Source: Lytechinus pictus
Lineage: Eukaryota
Direction of reading: 5' to 3'
Assembly (NCBI RefSeq): GCF_037042905.1
Contig: NC_087252.1
Span: forward strand, 9,302,001-9,366,000
Length of the DNA stretch: 64,000 bases
The notes under the pieces are model-generated. The model made no database searches. It was not told the DNA's origin and worked only from the letters and a program-made list of their open reading frames with translations. Position 1 is the first letter of the stretch. The number at the start of each line of letters is the position of its first letter. The position numbers and the translations under genes were made by a program. Of this stretch, positions 37,960-51,491 are shown piece by piece.

Positions 37960-38516
37960 GGATAAAACTTCAACGTCTACAAAACTCTGCTGCCCGTCTC
38001 CTAACATACACTAAAAAGTATGACTCCATCTCGCCAATCCTTACATTGGCTGCCTGTTGATAAAAGAATCTCCTTCAAAATTATTTTACTATTATTCAAT
38101 TTATTCTCTCTTCCCCAAAATATCTCCGCAGCTCTATCTCAAAATATCAGCCTTCACGCAGTCTCCGCTCATCATTCTGATGCTCTATTGCTCCAGACAC
38201 CCAGAACCAAACACAAATGGGGGGATGCATTCTCTGTTATAGGACCAAAGCTATGGAATCGATTGCCTATCCAATTACGCCAAATTTTCATCAACAGAAA
38301 CATTCAAGTCCCAGTGAAAACTAAATTTTGATCTCCCATTAACATTCAGGAGAATTCAAATTCTATTCTTTTTCGTTTTCTATTGTTGTTGGGTGTTGTG
38401 TTTATTTTTCTACAAGCGCCATGAGCACCGAAAGGTGGACGCGTGCGCTATATAAGAAGCCACCAATTATTGTTATTATAATTATTATAATTATTATCAT
38501 TATCATCATTATTATT
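37960..38516 (+). mobile_element. Decayed L2 LINE 3' fragment
   Basis: KLQRLQNSAARLL../LHWLPVDKRISFKI../WGDAFSVIGPKLWNRLP, stem-loop AAGCGCC..GTGCGCTATATAAG and (ATT)n tail. Confidence 0.88.
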
Positions 38517-39799
38517 AAGATTTCCCCTCAATATTAATTTTTCAGCTCGCCCCTCGTGCTTGCATGAAATGCTTAATTAGACAAGCATCGATATGTCCCG
38601 ATTGTAGGTCTCAATATCAATAATTTTCGGCTCGCGCTTCGCGAATGCGTTCATTGTCTGGATATGCATCATGTTAATTATTACAAAAAGTGCTTAGAAT
38701 ATTCCTTTTTAAGATCTTAATACTGAAAATAATAGGCACGTGCTTAGCGCTCGCATACGTTGTTTTCGTTAGATACGCATCATTTTCATGATAAAAAAAC
38801 CCGGACTAGAATATTATGTTTTATTTTGACTGGTCGAGTGCAGAGTATATACACAATAGACCTATATTTTGAAAGGGGTGCGATTTTAGCACTTGCCCGG
38901 GCCTCGTTTGTTCTAGATACGCCACTGTGGACATGGTGGACATTAAATTAAACAATGCGAGCGAATAGCGCGAGCTGAATATTATTATGGCCCGACAACT
39001 GGACATTCTAAGCAGGTTTTTTTAATGTAAATATCAAATTATATGTACCTCATCAAACAATAATTGCAAGCGCGAAGCACAATAAGCTATTTTTTACATG
39101 TAGACATAAAAACTAGACATTCCTTTTGCACTTCTTGTAATAATGAATACGAAGGGTATATCATGCTCAACAATATATTTTTTTTTAAATATATAATTGA
39201 TCATGACTGGACGTTGTAAAACAATAAAGAACAAGCTGTTTGTAGCGCGAACTAAATTTACTGACATAAAAGTGAATATATTAAAAGCGCTGCCCAACAC
39301 GTAAGAAACTTGTGAAGATGATAATGGAACAGTCTGAATGATGCGAGCGCGAAGCGCGAGCTAACAATTTTGGCGACTGGGACATATGGCCGGGCAATTT
39401 TAATCACTGTACGTAAAAAAGAATGGGCTTGATTGTAAGGCGATTTAGACCTAAAACCTATATACATTCAAATCTCTCTCGGAACATGAAGCAATTAATT
39501 AGAACCGCCCTGTGTGACAGTATATTCTAATCACTGTCGGTATAGCATATATATACACGGAGTAATGGAACATTCCTTCGTGACCCAACAGTTATATCAT
39601 TTTTCTGGTAGGCGTCAGTCCGACAGCCTCTTTTCTTTTCATTTTTTTTCTTTCCTTCTTCCACTTTTCTTCTTTCTCACTTTTTCCATCCTCACTTCTA
39701 TTTTCCCCCTCTCCCCCTTACCCCGACATGGGAAGGGGGGGGGGTCATACCCTGTTAGAGACGGCCTTTTAATATCGACGGAAATACAATTATGCTCAT

Positions 39800-40255
39800 T
39801 CACAAGAATTTGTTTTAAAATACACGAATTTAAGTGTATTGTTATGTGATAGTTGTGGTGATGATGTATGACTAATTGTTCCATGGAATTTGAATGTTTC
39901 AGTGATTGGATCGAGCAGAAAAGGGAACTTTCGTGATTGATAACGTGTGACTAATTACACTATTTCATTTTTCATTATTTTCCCCAAATGAATGATATCA
40001 TGAGGATATATTATTTTACATTTGTTTTATATTGATTTGTTATACTCGTATTTATTAGAAATTTTCATATTGTAATGCTAATTTAATTAATTTATTTTTA
40101 GGGACCCCGGGGAAGAACAGGTTGGCTATCAATAGCCAATCTGAAACGGGTCTATCCCTACGATTCTGTATTACATGCATTGTAAGCTTCATTACTGTTA
40201 TATTTCAATTTGTATAATAAAAACAGAATTATAAAAAAAAAATTAAAAAAAAATG
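39800..40255 (+). mobile_element. Probable CR1/Crack-group LINE 3' UTR remnant
   Basis: T-rich UTR, structured GGGACCCC..GAAGAACAG..CTGAAACGGG..CCCT block, AATAAA and A-rich tail. Confidence 0.45.
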
Positions 40256-43027
40256 TTATTTTGTTTATATTTATGCATTTTTTTAATCGTGAATATAACC
40301 AACCAATATAAACAATACCAGATCGAAGGTAAAGGATGCTTCATATACGCTGAGGTTTCATATAAATTGTATAAAAAAAATCAATAACCAATTTACAGGT
40401 TTTCAGGTAAACGAGCTAGAAAAGAACACAAAACACTATTTTCACGTAAGGTTCATATAGTAATCAGGGATGTGTGAAAAAAATCAGACTTCTTTTTTAC
40501 TGTAAAGAATTTACGGAAGGAGGATCGATCGAGAGAGGGGAAGCAGAAGAAAAGAAAAGAGCGGCCGAAAGAAATGGAAAATGTAAAAGAAAAGTGATAT
40601 GATTTGAAAGATGTCATGAGCGGATTATATGGCGGAGAAACTGAAAGAATTATTGACCCCAATCATGGATAAAATTAAATACGATTCCTACCCATTACAA
40701 AAAAAACATTCAAATAAAAAAAATAAAAAACCAACAAAGTTTATGGATAATAATTTGTAGGTCTAATAGTCATTATAGTCCGGGGTCTAGGAGTTGAGAT
40801 GTTTTGGGTTTGCAACTACCCTATCTACCACGTTCCAAAATAAAGTCCAAAACGGATAGGCCCCGATCGATCGGAGGGGGGGGGGGCAATACGTTGATCA
40901 TGTTGATCATATAGTTTCTCCCCGGGAGTTTCTCATAAGCATCTTACCGGAAGATAGGCCTACCGAAGATTTTGATGGGATGGGAAATCCGGGATGGGAA
41001 TATCTTTGTTGGGGGAGCTCGTGGAGAACGTAAAAACACACACACACACACACACACAAACCCACGATGGTGGATGTTTCCATGCCAGGGGGGGGGGGAG
41101 AAGGAGAGGTCACTGCCTTTATTCCGAGTTCCTACCCAGCTATGCCCCGTGCATGTAAACATGCACATGACACACGAAGGCCTGTGACTACGTGGACGTA
41201 ACATGACCAGAGTGGAGTTCGGATACATATTACAGCTCCATGATAGTGCATTACATGGAGCTATATTGCATTCTCTTCTCGAACCAGTCGACGGACGTTT
41301 GCTATATCGTGACCAGGTAAAAGAGAATTATCAACAACCACAAGGATATATCTTGTAGTGCATGCAAAGGTAAACTAAAGAAAAGAACAGAGGGGATTTT
41401 TTTTTTTTTTTTTTTGGGGGGGGGGGCACAATATAGCTTCTGGAAAATCACGCTCCATCCCCGGCCCCCATGATCCACAAAAAAAACTACTATTACTCTA
41501 CACTGTAGATCCGAGATTGTATTTGTAGCCCCGGTTTGTCGCGTTCTTTTCTGTTGTTGTCGTTTTATTTGCTACTAATTTACGTCGCCAAAATATAAAT
41601 TCATCAAAATCCCATGGTCTGTAAGTCTACAAAGTTCATTATGAGGCATACATGTAGCATATTCAAATGTACAGACCACAGACGGAATGGACATTCACGA
41701 GTTCGACACAGTTTGACAGTATGATCATGGACCTATGATATTCCCCCAATGCTATGCACAAGCGACACACACGTACAGCTACACCCTTTCACACAGGCAA
41801 TAAGCAACGCACATGCATCGATCGCTTATCGCACACACCGAGCGGAGACACAGAAAAAACCCAAAACAAACTAACTTCGCCCACAGATCACGCAAGAAGC
41901 GAAATTCCCCGTGGTAAGCTCCGCCTACTTTCTTGCATACATCACAAGGTGGCGCTATATAATATCGATTTAAATTGGAAACAGAATCATGAATCAACCG
42001 TCGAGAAGTGCATTTTTCTCTTCAAACATTGCCTCAGATTTTCAGTTTTTAAAAACACTTCCCGAACATGTTATGATCCCAAACTTTCACATGGGTATTT
42101 TTGAGCTGTTAGTCAAATGTTCATACCATTTTCAAAAAGCAATATGATATTTTTTTTAATTGCTCACAAAGTGAAACAATCCCTTTGAGATCTAAGCAGA
42201 AGACGGAACATACGTAGCTTAAGCATAGAGTAATGATGATTTCAGCGAAAGCTCAGAGAAAATAAGGTCGTCATATTCAATCCCGAAATGCTTTGCGAGT
42301 GGTCACAAAATCGTCTCGGCGCAAATCACCTAATACAGCCGTCTCGTAAAATCGCTGATAACAACAATGGGTGATTTCAATACGGTGTTTGGAGTTGGTG
42401 TTGGTGTTGAGAGCGTGAATTCGTCCCTGAACCGAGCTCCAACACCGAGCTGGGTTCAGAGGTACGATACCGATCACGTTATCGATAGCTCAACATCACC
42501 GTTTTGCGTTAGACCTAACCCAGTAAGTTAGGGTAGTATAGGCCTATACTAGGGCTGGGGGCTAGACCGTCTTAATTTCTTAATTGGGGCAGAAGTTGAT
42601 TTGATAGACAGCATCCATATCTTAATTTGACCATTGATTCTCTGCAATCAATGTTTATAGACTTTTACATAATTTGTTTGCCATATTGCAAATTGTAAAT
42701 TTTCTTAGACATGGCTTGGGCTTGGCCGACAAAACGCGTAACTTTACAATTTTTGTTTTGAGAAATTTTGAAAGCGAATGAGCAAAATGACTGAGCTCGT
42801 CGTGATTTTATGCTCAGATGATCAGATGACCATGACCATCGACACGTAAGGACGCTTTGGAACGCCTCTCCCGTTTCCATACTCAATGGTGCGTTAAATG
42901 ATATGTGAACCAGTTCAGTTCCCCGTAGTTTTGTTTGAATCGACGTAATCTGTTCGATTGACCGCCGGAAATCTTGGCGGGAACTTCAATTGATTTCCGC
43001 TCAACGTATAACTGGACAACTACTAAA

Positions 43028-43819
43028 ATGTCTCACACCAAAGAAGAAAAACGTTCAAGATTGAGTTCAACTACAAGTACTCGTTCGAAAGATTTGGAAG
43101 CGATGCTTGATAAATACGTCAGTAATATGACTGAAAGTTTGGCCAAGCTTGGGGACACTTTGAAACGGGAAATTCGAGAAGTAGCTGGGAAAGTGAAAGA
43201 CATGGAAAGTAAAATGTCAGAGATGATTGAAGCTCTGAAATATCAAGGAGACGAAGTGGATGAGCTGAAAACTAAAACTATTCCTAAAATACAAGAGGAA
43301 ATTAAACATCATCACGAAGAGGTCAGGAAAGAGGTTGAAAAGCTTCAGTTGTATGTTGCTCGAGAGAATCTCGTGCTCCTTGGTATACCAGAGGAGGAAG
43401 GAGAATCCGAACATCGGAAGACTGAAGAAGTCCTGAGGAAATTTCTTGTAGAGAAACTGAAGTTTGAGCCTGCGGAGGTAGAAGAAATCGAGTTCCAGAG
43501 GGTACATCGTGTTCCGGCTGCGTCCAAACCAAGGCCTATCAAAGCCAGGGTGTTGAGATATGCCGACAAGGGCAAGATCATGAAGGAGGCGCATCATCTG
43601 AGGGGAAGCAGGATGGTGGTAACTGATGACCTTCCATGGAGGGTGAGGCAGGAGCGACAGGCTCAAATACCGCTGCTGTACGAGGCAAGGAAGGCTGGAC
43701 GTCTTGCCTTCTTCTCCCGGGCGGAACCCGACCGGCTTTTCATCGACAAGAAGTGGATTCCGAGGAAAAATCAAGCCAATTATATGGAAATGCTGAAAAA
43801 ATGTAACAGCAGTAGTTAA
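43028..43819 (+). CDS. L1-type ORF1p (coiled coil + RRM + CTD, Transposase_22-like)
   Basis: N-terminal heptad-rich helix followed by RENLVLLGIPEEEGE..IEFQRVHRV..PRPIKARVLRY..LRGSRMVVTDDLP. The first true ATG is at 43028. The frame is uninterrupted. Confidence 0.9.
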   Translation: MSHTKEEKRSRLSSTTSTRSKDLEAMLDKYVSNMTESLAKLGDTLKREIREVAGKVKDMESKMSEMIEALKYQGDEVDELKTKTIPKIQEEIKHHHEEVRKEVEKLQLYVARENLVLLGIPEEEGESEHRKTEEVLRKFLVEKLKFEPAEVEEIEFQRVHRVPAASKPRPIKARVLRYADKGKIMKEAHHLRGSRMVVTDDLPWRVRQERQAQIPLLYEARKAGRLAFFSRAEPDRLFIDKKWIPRKNQANYMEMLKKCNSSS

Positions 43820-46800
43820 AAAATAAAGAAAGAATATATAGAAGTACACGAAGACATTTATGATTGAGACGACAGCAGTTAAAAGTAAATAAAGAAGATG
43901 AAGAATATAAGAAAACATATTGAAACGACTTGAGCTAATCATTGGATAAAATGTGAGAATAAGAACAAGAAGAAAGAATAGTAAAGAATCATTGGACAAA
44001 TATCAGAACTATAAAAGGAAGAACAGTGAAGAATCATTGGACAAACATGAGAATAAGTCTAGATCTATAGAAGGAAGAAGACTGAAGAACTTTTTTTTTA
44101 CTTTCTTTTTTTTCTTGTTCGGGTGCTTTTTAAAGACCTGAATATGATAAATATGAAAACATAATATATGTTTGAATTTATGTATGGATCTAAATCAGGG
44201 ACATGAGAGGGAGAAACCTTCTGAAAATGAGAATGTGTATGTAGAGGTGACGTTTTTAGAGGTCTTAGCTTCTGACCAAATGTGATTCAGAAGAAACTGA
44301 ACGGGGATTATAAGTTTTAAGTTAAAGAATTCTATGGGAATCGGCCTAGTTTAGGCGATACATTATTTTCTGTTTTATTCTAATTGCATGAAAAGGAAAA
44401 GGGAAAAAGAAAAAACCCTTAGTAATAAAATTGAGATGATATTATTTCATTTATTTTGTACTATTTTGAGTATTTGCTTACTATTTTCTTATAAAGCCTT
44501 GGGGGAAAAAATGGACGTTAAATAAAACTCACAAAAGATTGCTATCAGTGTGCAGTGAACATGAGTGTGTACTGTGTACTGAGTAACAAGAAATCGTTAA
44601 GTTTGCGGATTCATGAAATATTGGCGTGTTTATTTGTTTATGCATATTCTGATTATAGAAACAAAGGAAGTGTTTTTATAATACAAATCTTCAAGGTAAT
44701 TTCATATCAAAACAAGTTGTTCGGTTATTTTTGGAAAAAAAAGAACAACAGCCAAATTCTAGAATCCCATATTTATTGCAAGCACTGGATTGTATTCTTA
44801 AACGTTCACTGAATTAATTTGAATTTTCAATTAGCATGTAAAAGAGGCATTGGTGAGAATCAACCTTGCAATGGTAACATTGACTTAATTTGCATGTCCC
44901 CAGTCATGAAAACTGCATTGAAATGTTAACGTTTAACAACTGGGCGTGACAACTTTTCTCAGAAAAGATTCAGACAATGCTCTATACATGTACGTCTATG
45001 AGGGATAATTCACAACTCTCTTTTTTTTCTCTCGAAGAACCGAAAATGTTTTGGATTTCTGTGTGGATGTTTATTGTAAATTCCATACAAGAATATTGTG
45101 GACGCTCGGTTACAATTCAAATACTAAGATGCAAAAATCCAATAAGGAATCGATGGTTCTAAAGCAAGAAGCTGAAACCATCTAAAATCTATGTCATTAT
45201 GTTTCACTGTTCAACCAGTAATAGAAATGTTTCAAACGTTCACTGACTTTTACTTTAATTGATGTAATGGTATGCAAAATAGTCGTTGTAACTTGCCTTA
45301 GTAAACTCGCAATTTGACATACCAGGTTATTTGTTTCAATCAAATGTTTTGGGTATGAATTGTAATGGTTTTTAGTACAGTTCACCGTACAAGCTTTTGT
45401 ACATGGAATCAATAAGGGCTCTATTGGTAAGAATCAACACTACTGTCGTAATCTCGATGTTATTTCGCATGTCACATGGTGGCATTCAAGTGGTTTGCAT
45501 TTTCTAATGCTAAACAAATGGGCAGGGTTATTTTTTTTCTTTCCTTTATTCTTAACAAAGAATGTATAATCAGATAATGTAGCACATTCAGTGGTATAGT
45601 TCATCAATCTCTTTTTTTTTCTCGGAAAAAAGCTATTGTGTGTGTTTGCATATATTGCAAAATACTGAACGGAATATTTCGTTTGTGTGCAACCAATGTT
45701 ATGCTTCAATACTAAGATACAAATATTCCAATCCTTTGTAAAATAGTTGAATCTATTTTAGACAAGAATCCATTTCATTCAATTTTGTTAAAATCATTAT
45801 GTTTCACTGTTCAACCAGTAATAGAAAAGTTTCAAACGTTCACTGACTTCTACTTTAATTGATCTGATGGTATGCAAAGTAGTTGCTGTAACTGGCCTTA
45901 GTAAACTCGCAATTTGACATACCAAGTTATTTGTTTCATTCAAATGTTTTTGGTATGAATTGTAATGGTTTTTATAGTACGGTTCACCGTATACAAGCTT
46001 TTGTACATGGAATCAATAAGAGGTGAAACACCCCTTAATCGTTGTACAATAACTCCATAACAATAACTTGGAAAAGAGAGAGGAATAGATAGAGAGACGG
46101 AATTTGACACATTGTCGTGCAGCTTGGAACTTTTTTTTTTGTCGTTCTTTTCTGGAAAAAAAAAAGGAATTATGCACATTCAAAGATTACATAAAACAAC
46201 AAAATAATGCGTCTTGATGGTCTGCGCAGGAGCTTTATTGATAGTTCCCCTCTCTTTTCCTCTGTTGATTTAGGTGCTATTTTTCGTCTTCCTCTTGTTG
46301 ATTGGTGGATTTTTTTTTTTTTATTCATTGTTATCAACACCGTTTCCAGTGATCCATGTATGCAGCGCACCAATCAATAATTTGTAAGAATCATTTGCAT
46401 AAATGATCAGCTGTGAGTTCTTTAGATGATAAAGGTTTTCCCCTCGTTTTTCTCTCTCAAGCTCTCTCATTCTTTTTTTTTCTCGTTCTTCAAGAGAGCA
46501 CCAAAGCAATGATATATATATATATATATTTTTTTGTTCTTCGAAAAAGTTATTTCATCGTTGTATAAAAGAGGTTGTAACGATCATGTCCAATGCTATT
46601 GGCAATTTGAAAAGATTTTTTTTGTGGATGGTTTGGCTGCTGTGAAGTCGTTTTTTTTTTATTCCAGAAAATAATCTATTTCCTTTTCATATCAGATTGT
46701 CTTTTTTATTAGGCAGATAAGAATGAATCTGGTTCATTGTTTAAGTATTTACGATAAATAACCAAGAGCATCGGGTGTTAAGGTATAGGGAGGGGTGGGC

Positions 46801-47022
46801 GTTATACAATTTAGAGTGTCTTATGTTTGAGTTTGGTACGTCTTTTCGTGGTCAGTTTTCGTCTGTGTCGTTTTTCTTTTTTGTTGTTTGTTTCTTTTAT
46901 TTCCCTATCTTCTTAAGGTCAGTTTGCAGTGACACTTTGATCATGATCGACTTAGAATGGGTAGACCGTGGAGAGAGCCATCCATTCTCATCCTATGTAG
47001 TGTCTTTTCAACATATCCTTAA

Positions 47023-50000
47023 ATGAATAAGTCTGTTTGTAATTTTATTTCTTTAAATGTAAGGGGGATTCGAGAGAAAAATAAGCGCCAAAGTATTTTC
47101 AAATGGTGTAAGGACAAAAATGGGCATATAATCTTTTTACAGGAAACTTTTAGTACTCAAGAAATAGTTAGGAACTGGAGTTCATCGTGGGAGGGGAATT
47201 GTATTTATAGCCATGGCACAAACCATGGTAAAGGAGTCATGATACTTATTGCTCGAGGGGTCAACATAAAGATAAAACAAACAATTATTGACCCAAATGG
47301 CAGATATATTTTCATAATCGGTCTTTTGCAAAATCAGCAGGTTGTACTAGGAAATTTTTATTTTCCTGTAGGAAGTAAAGAACAGGAGCAATTAGATTTT
47401 TACTAAATATTTCCAAGATTTTGAAGGAGAAAGAATTTAAAAATAAACCTTTTATTATAGGAGGGGATTTTAATATGATGAGGAATGTACTTTTAGATTA
47501 CAAAGGAAGTAGCATTAATAAAAAACAATCTAAGCTTAGTATTGATTTTGAAAGTTTTTTGGATAATCATAAAGCAATAGATATATGGCGATTTAGAAAT
47601 ATCGATAAGATGCAATACACTTATCATCAACAAAATCCTTACATGCAGAGCAGATTGGATTATTGGGTGATATCAGACAGTTTTGTTGAAAAAGTATCAA
47701 AATGTGAAATAGTACCGGCTTTGTCGCCGGTACTATTTTTCGCCGGTACAATTTTATTTCTTTAAATGTAAGGGGGATTCGAGAGAAAAATAAGCGCCAA
47801 AGTATTTTCAAATGGTGTAAGGACAAAAATGGGCATATAATCTTTTTACAGGAAACTTTTAGTACTCAAGAAATAGTTAGGAACTGGAGTTCATCGTGGG
47901 AGGGGAATTGTATTTATAGCCATGGCACAAACCATGGTAAAGGAGTCATGATACTTATTGCTCGAGGGGTCAACATAAAGATAAAACAAACAATTATTGA
48001 CCCAAATGGCAGATATATTTTCATAATCGGTCTTTTGCAAAATCAGCAGGTTGTACTAGGAAATTTTTATTTTCCTGTAGGAAGTAAAGAACAGGAGCAA
48101 TTAGATTTTTTACTAAATATTTCCAAGATTTTGAAGGAGAAAGAATTTAAAAATAAACCTTTTATTATAGGAGGGGATTTTAATATGATGAGGAATGTAC
48201 TTTTAGATTACAAAGGAAGTAGCATTAATAAAAAACAATCTAAGCTTAGTATTGATTTTGAAAGTTTTTTGGATAATCATAAAGCAATAGATATATGGCG
48301 ATTTAGAAATATCGATAAGATGCAATACACTTATCATCAACAAAATCCTTACATGCAGAGCAGATTGGATTATTGGGTGATATCAGACAGTTTTGTTGAA
48401 AAAGTATCAAAATGTGAAATAGTACCGGCTTTGTCGCCTGATCATTCTGCAGTAGAATTAATTGTTAATTTTGCCATTACTCATCCTGTCATAAAGACAG
48501 GATACTGGAAATTCAACAATAGCCTATGTTACGATGAAGTATATGTTAAAAGAATGAAAGAAGAAATAACTCGTCTAAAACTTCGGCTGTCTGAAGAAAT
48601 TATGGATAATAGAATACTGTGGGATTATGTTAAAATGGAAATTCGAAATTTCACAAGAAAATATTCTAAGAATAAAGCTAAAGAAAGAAAAGAGAAGGTT
48701 GAAAAGTTAGAAAAGGAATTATGAAATTGGAAGAGGGGGTTCAATTACATCAAATACCATCGAACACAAAGGATATTTCGATTGATCTTTTGGCAAGAAA
48801 AAGAAGTGAGCTAAAAACAATTTATGCGTACTTAAATGAAGGTATAAGAATCAGATCTCGAGCCCCATGGTTTGAAAGTGGAGAACGTGAAACTGCATAT
48901 TTTAAACAACTGGTAGATTATAATGGTCGGAAGGGTTTTATTAAAGAACTTAAAGTTAATGGAAATGTAATCAATGACGAAACTAGTATTTTAAAAGAAA
49001 TCAAGGAATTTTATTCTTCTTTATATTCTAAAAGAGAGGTAGAACCTGGTGATTGTTTTTTTCCTAGTAACTTACCAAAACTAAGCGAAAACCAAAAGAA
49101 TCATTGCGAAGTGAAAATAAACCAGGGGGATTGTATTGAAATTTTAAAAGAAATGCAACTAAATAAGTCACCAGGAAATGACGGTTTAAATGTCGAGTTT
49201 TATATTACATTTTGGCAGGTAATAGGTGACCTAGTCTTAAATGCTTTTAATGATGCTATGAAATATAAAGAATTGTCACCTTCGCAAAAACAAGCAATAA
49301 TTACAATTATACATAAGGAAGGTAAAGATCCTATGTTTATTAGCAATTATAGACCAATCTCCTTGCTTAATGTAGATTATAAAATCCTAACCAAAATACT
49401 TTCGAAAAGAATTAAGACCGTTTTGGATAATATTGTGTCAGGCGACCAAGTTGGCTACTTAAATGATAGGAATATTGGCGATGCTGTAAGAATAATAAAC
49501 GATATGATTTTTCATACATCAAATTTTAATAAACCAGGATACTTAGTTGCAATCGATTTTGAAAAGGCGTTTGACTCAATTTCACATTCCTTCCTTCAAA
49601 GGGTGCTTAAATCGTTTGGTTTTGGGCCGATTTTTAGTAACTGGGTTAATGTTCTTTACACCAACTCGCTGAGTTGTGTCTTTAATGGGGGGAAATCGAC
49701 CGGTTATTTTGCAATCGAGAGGGGGCTAAGACAAGGGGATCCCCTCTCCCCTTACCTTTTTATACTTTGTTTAGAATGTTTAACGCATTGTATTCGTAAT
49801 GATAATCTAGTAAAGGGTGTTCGATTTAGTGAAACGGAAATTAAACAAATACTTTATGCTGATGATATGACTATATTCGTAGAAGATTTAGATTCAGTAT
49901 ATAGATTAGAATTAATTCTTGAAAATTTTAGGAAAACATCTGGACTTAGGATGAACAAAAATAAAACGTTTATTTTGCCTCTAGGACCCTCTGTTAGCCT

Positions 50001-51491
50001 TACTCACCCTTTCCCTTTTGGGAAACAAGTCGATACGGTTAAAATTTTAGGTATTGTATTTTCAATAAATCCTGACGTTGCTGAAGAAATGAATTATAAA
50101 GAAATATTAAGCAAAATTAAAAAGTTATTAAATTGGTGGAAACAAAGAGATCTAACTTTGTTTGGAAAGATTCATCTGCTGAAAACATACGCATTTTCTA
50201 AATTGATGTATGTAAGTTCTTTAACGCCTATGCCGGAATGGGCTTTTAAAGAAATTGAAGAAATTTGTTTCGATTTTTTATGGCGAGGAAAAGATAAGAT
50301 TAAAAGAAACACATTGTATCTGGGATATAAACAAGGGGGGATAAAAATGCTCAATTTTAAACTCTTTGTAATGGTACAGAGAGTGATGTGGGTCAAAAGA
50401 CTGGTAAACGGTGACCAGAAAGTGAAATGGAAAAAATATTTCAAATTTCTGCTTAGACCATTAGGTGATAATCTAATTTTTTACTGTAATTTTACACCTG
50501 ATATGATCAATATAAAAATTCCAAAGTACTACCAGGAAATGTTAAGTATTTGGTTTGATATAAATGTGTTCATCAAAAAGGACATAAGTAATAAAAGAAA
50601 TGAATTTTTTTTTCAATAACAGGTATATTAAAAATGCAGGAAAAGCGTATTTTCATGAAAATATTTTCTTAAAAAACACATACAAATTGCACCATATTGT
50701 AGATAAGCAAGGTGAACTTAAATCAAATACTTACTTTAGATCTATGGGTCTAAATGACGACGAAATAGTAACAATAAATGAAATATTTGCACATGTTCCT
50801 GTGGAATGGAAAGTCGAATTAAAAAAATAATACCTTAGTTGATGGTTTGAAGATTGAATTTATTTTCTTTAAAAATGTTTTCCAGTTTGAGTCAGTTTGT
50901 TCAAAACAGCTGTATAGATCATGTATAAATAAGATTGCCGACACTCCCGTCAGTTTTTACAATCTCGAATCGTCATATAACATGTCTGAAAAAGAAATCG
51001 AAAAAGTATTTTATCGTCCAAGATTTTGCACATTAGATAATAAGCTAAGAGAGTTTCAATATAAATTATTATATAATATTATCTTTGTTAACCACCATTT
51101 GTATAGGTTTCGATTTGTATCGAGTAATGAATGTTCTTTTTGCGGTAAAGATGAAGAAACTTATAGACATATTTTTTATGAATGTGAAATTGTTAAAGTT
51201 TTATGGAGATTGTGTAGCAATATATTAAAATTTCCGATTCTTAAAAGCTTAAAGTGGAAGGATATCCATGTTGGATTAGAAGAGACAACAGAAAATAGAC
51301 AGTTATTAAATCATATCATTTTACTTATCAAATTTTTAATATATCACGGAAGGGGGAATCATAAACTACCAACTGCTGAAGAGATACAAGTAAAGCTTTT
51401 TAAAAGTAAAGAAGAAGAAAAGAAAATTGCTATAGAGCGAAAAACATTAACACAGCACTATAAAAAGTGGGAACACCTAAAAAACAATTAA
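47023..51491 (+). pseudogene. L1-type ORF2p (AP endonuclease, reverse transcriptase, C-terminal zinc knuckle), disrupted
   Basis: EN motifs SLNVRG, LQET, GGDFN, SRLDY and PDH. RT motifs KSPGNDG, YRPISLLNVDYK, DFEKAFD, GLRQGDPLSP and YADD. CSFC..H..EC knuckle. The EN region is duplicated, with frameshifts at ~47400, ~48720, ~50610 and ~50825. Confidence 0.93.

Larger units (their letters stand above)
33440..39400. repeat. Clusters of degenerate dispersed repeats with core GCGAGCGCGAAGCGCGAGC (both orientations)
   Basis: Core motif forward at 33444, 33868, 36556, 36769, 36933, 38957 and 39343, and reverse at 37808, 38545, 38630 and 38740. Similar arrays at 61850-63400. Confidence 0.75.

Noticed and set aside
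43217..43999. 260-aa antisense ORF over L1 ORF1
   Set aside because: Shadow frame of a purine-rich coding strand, F/L-rich, with no recognisable motif.
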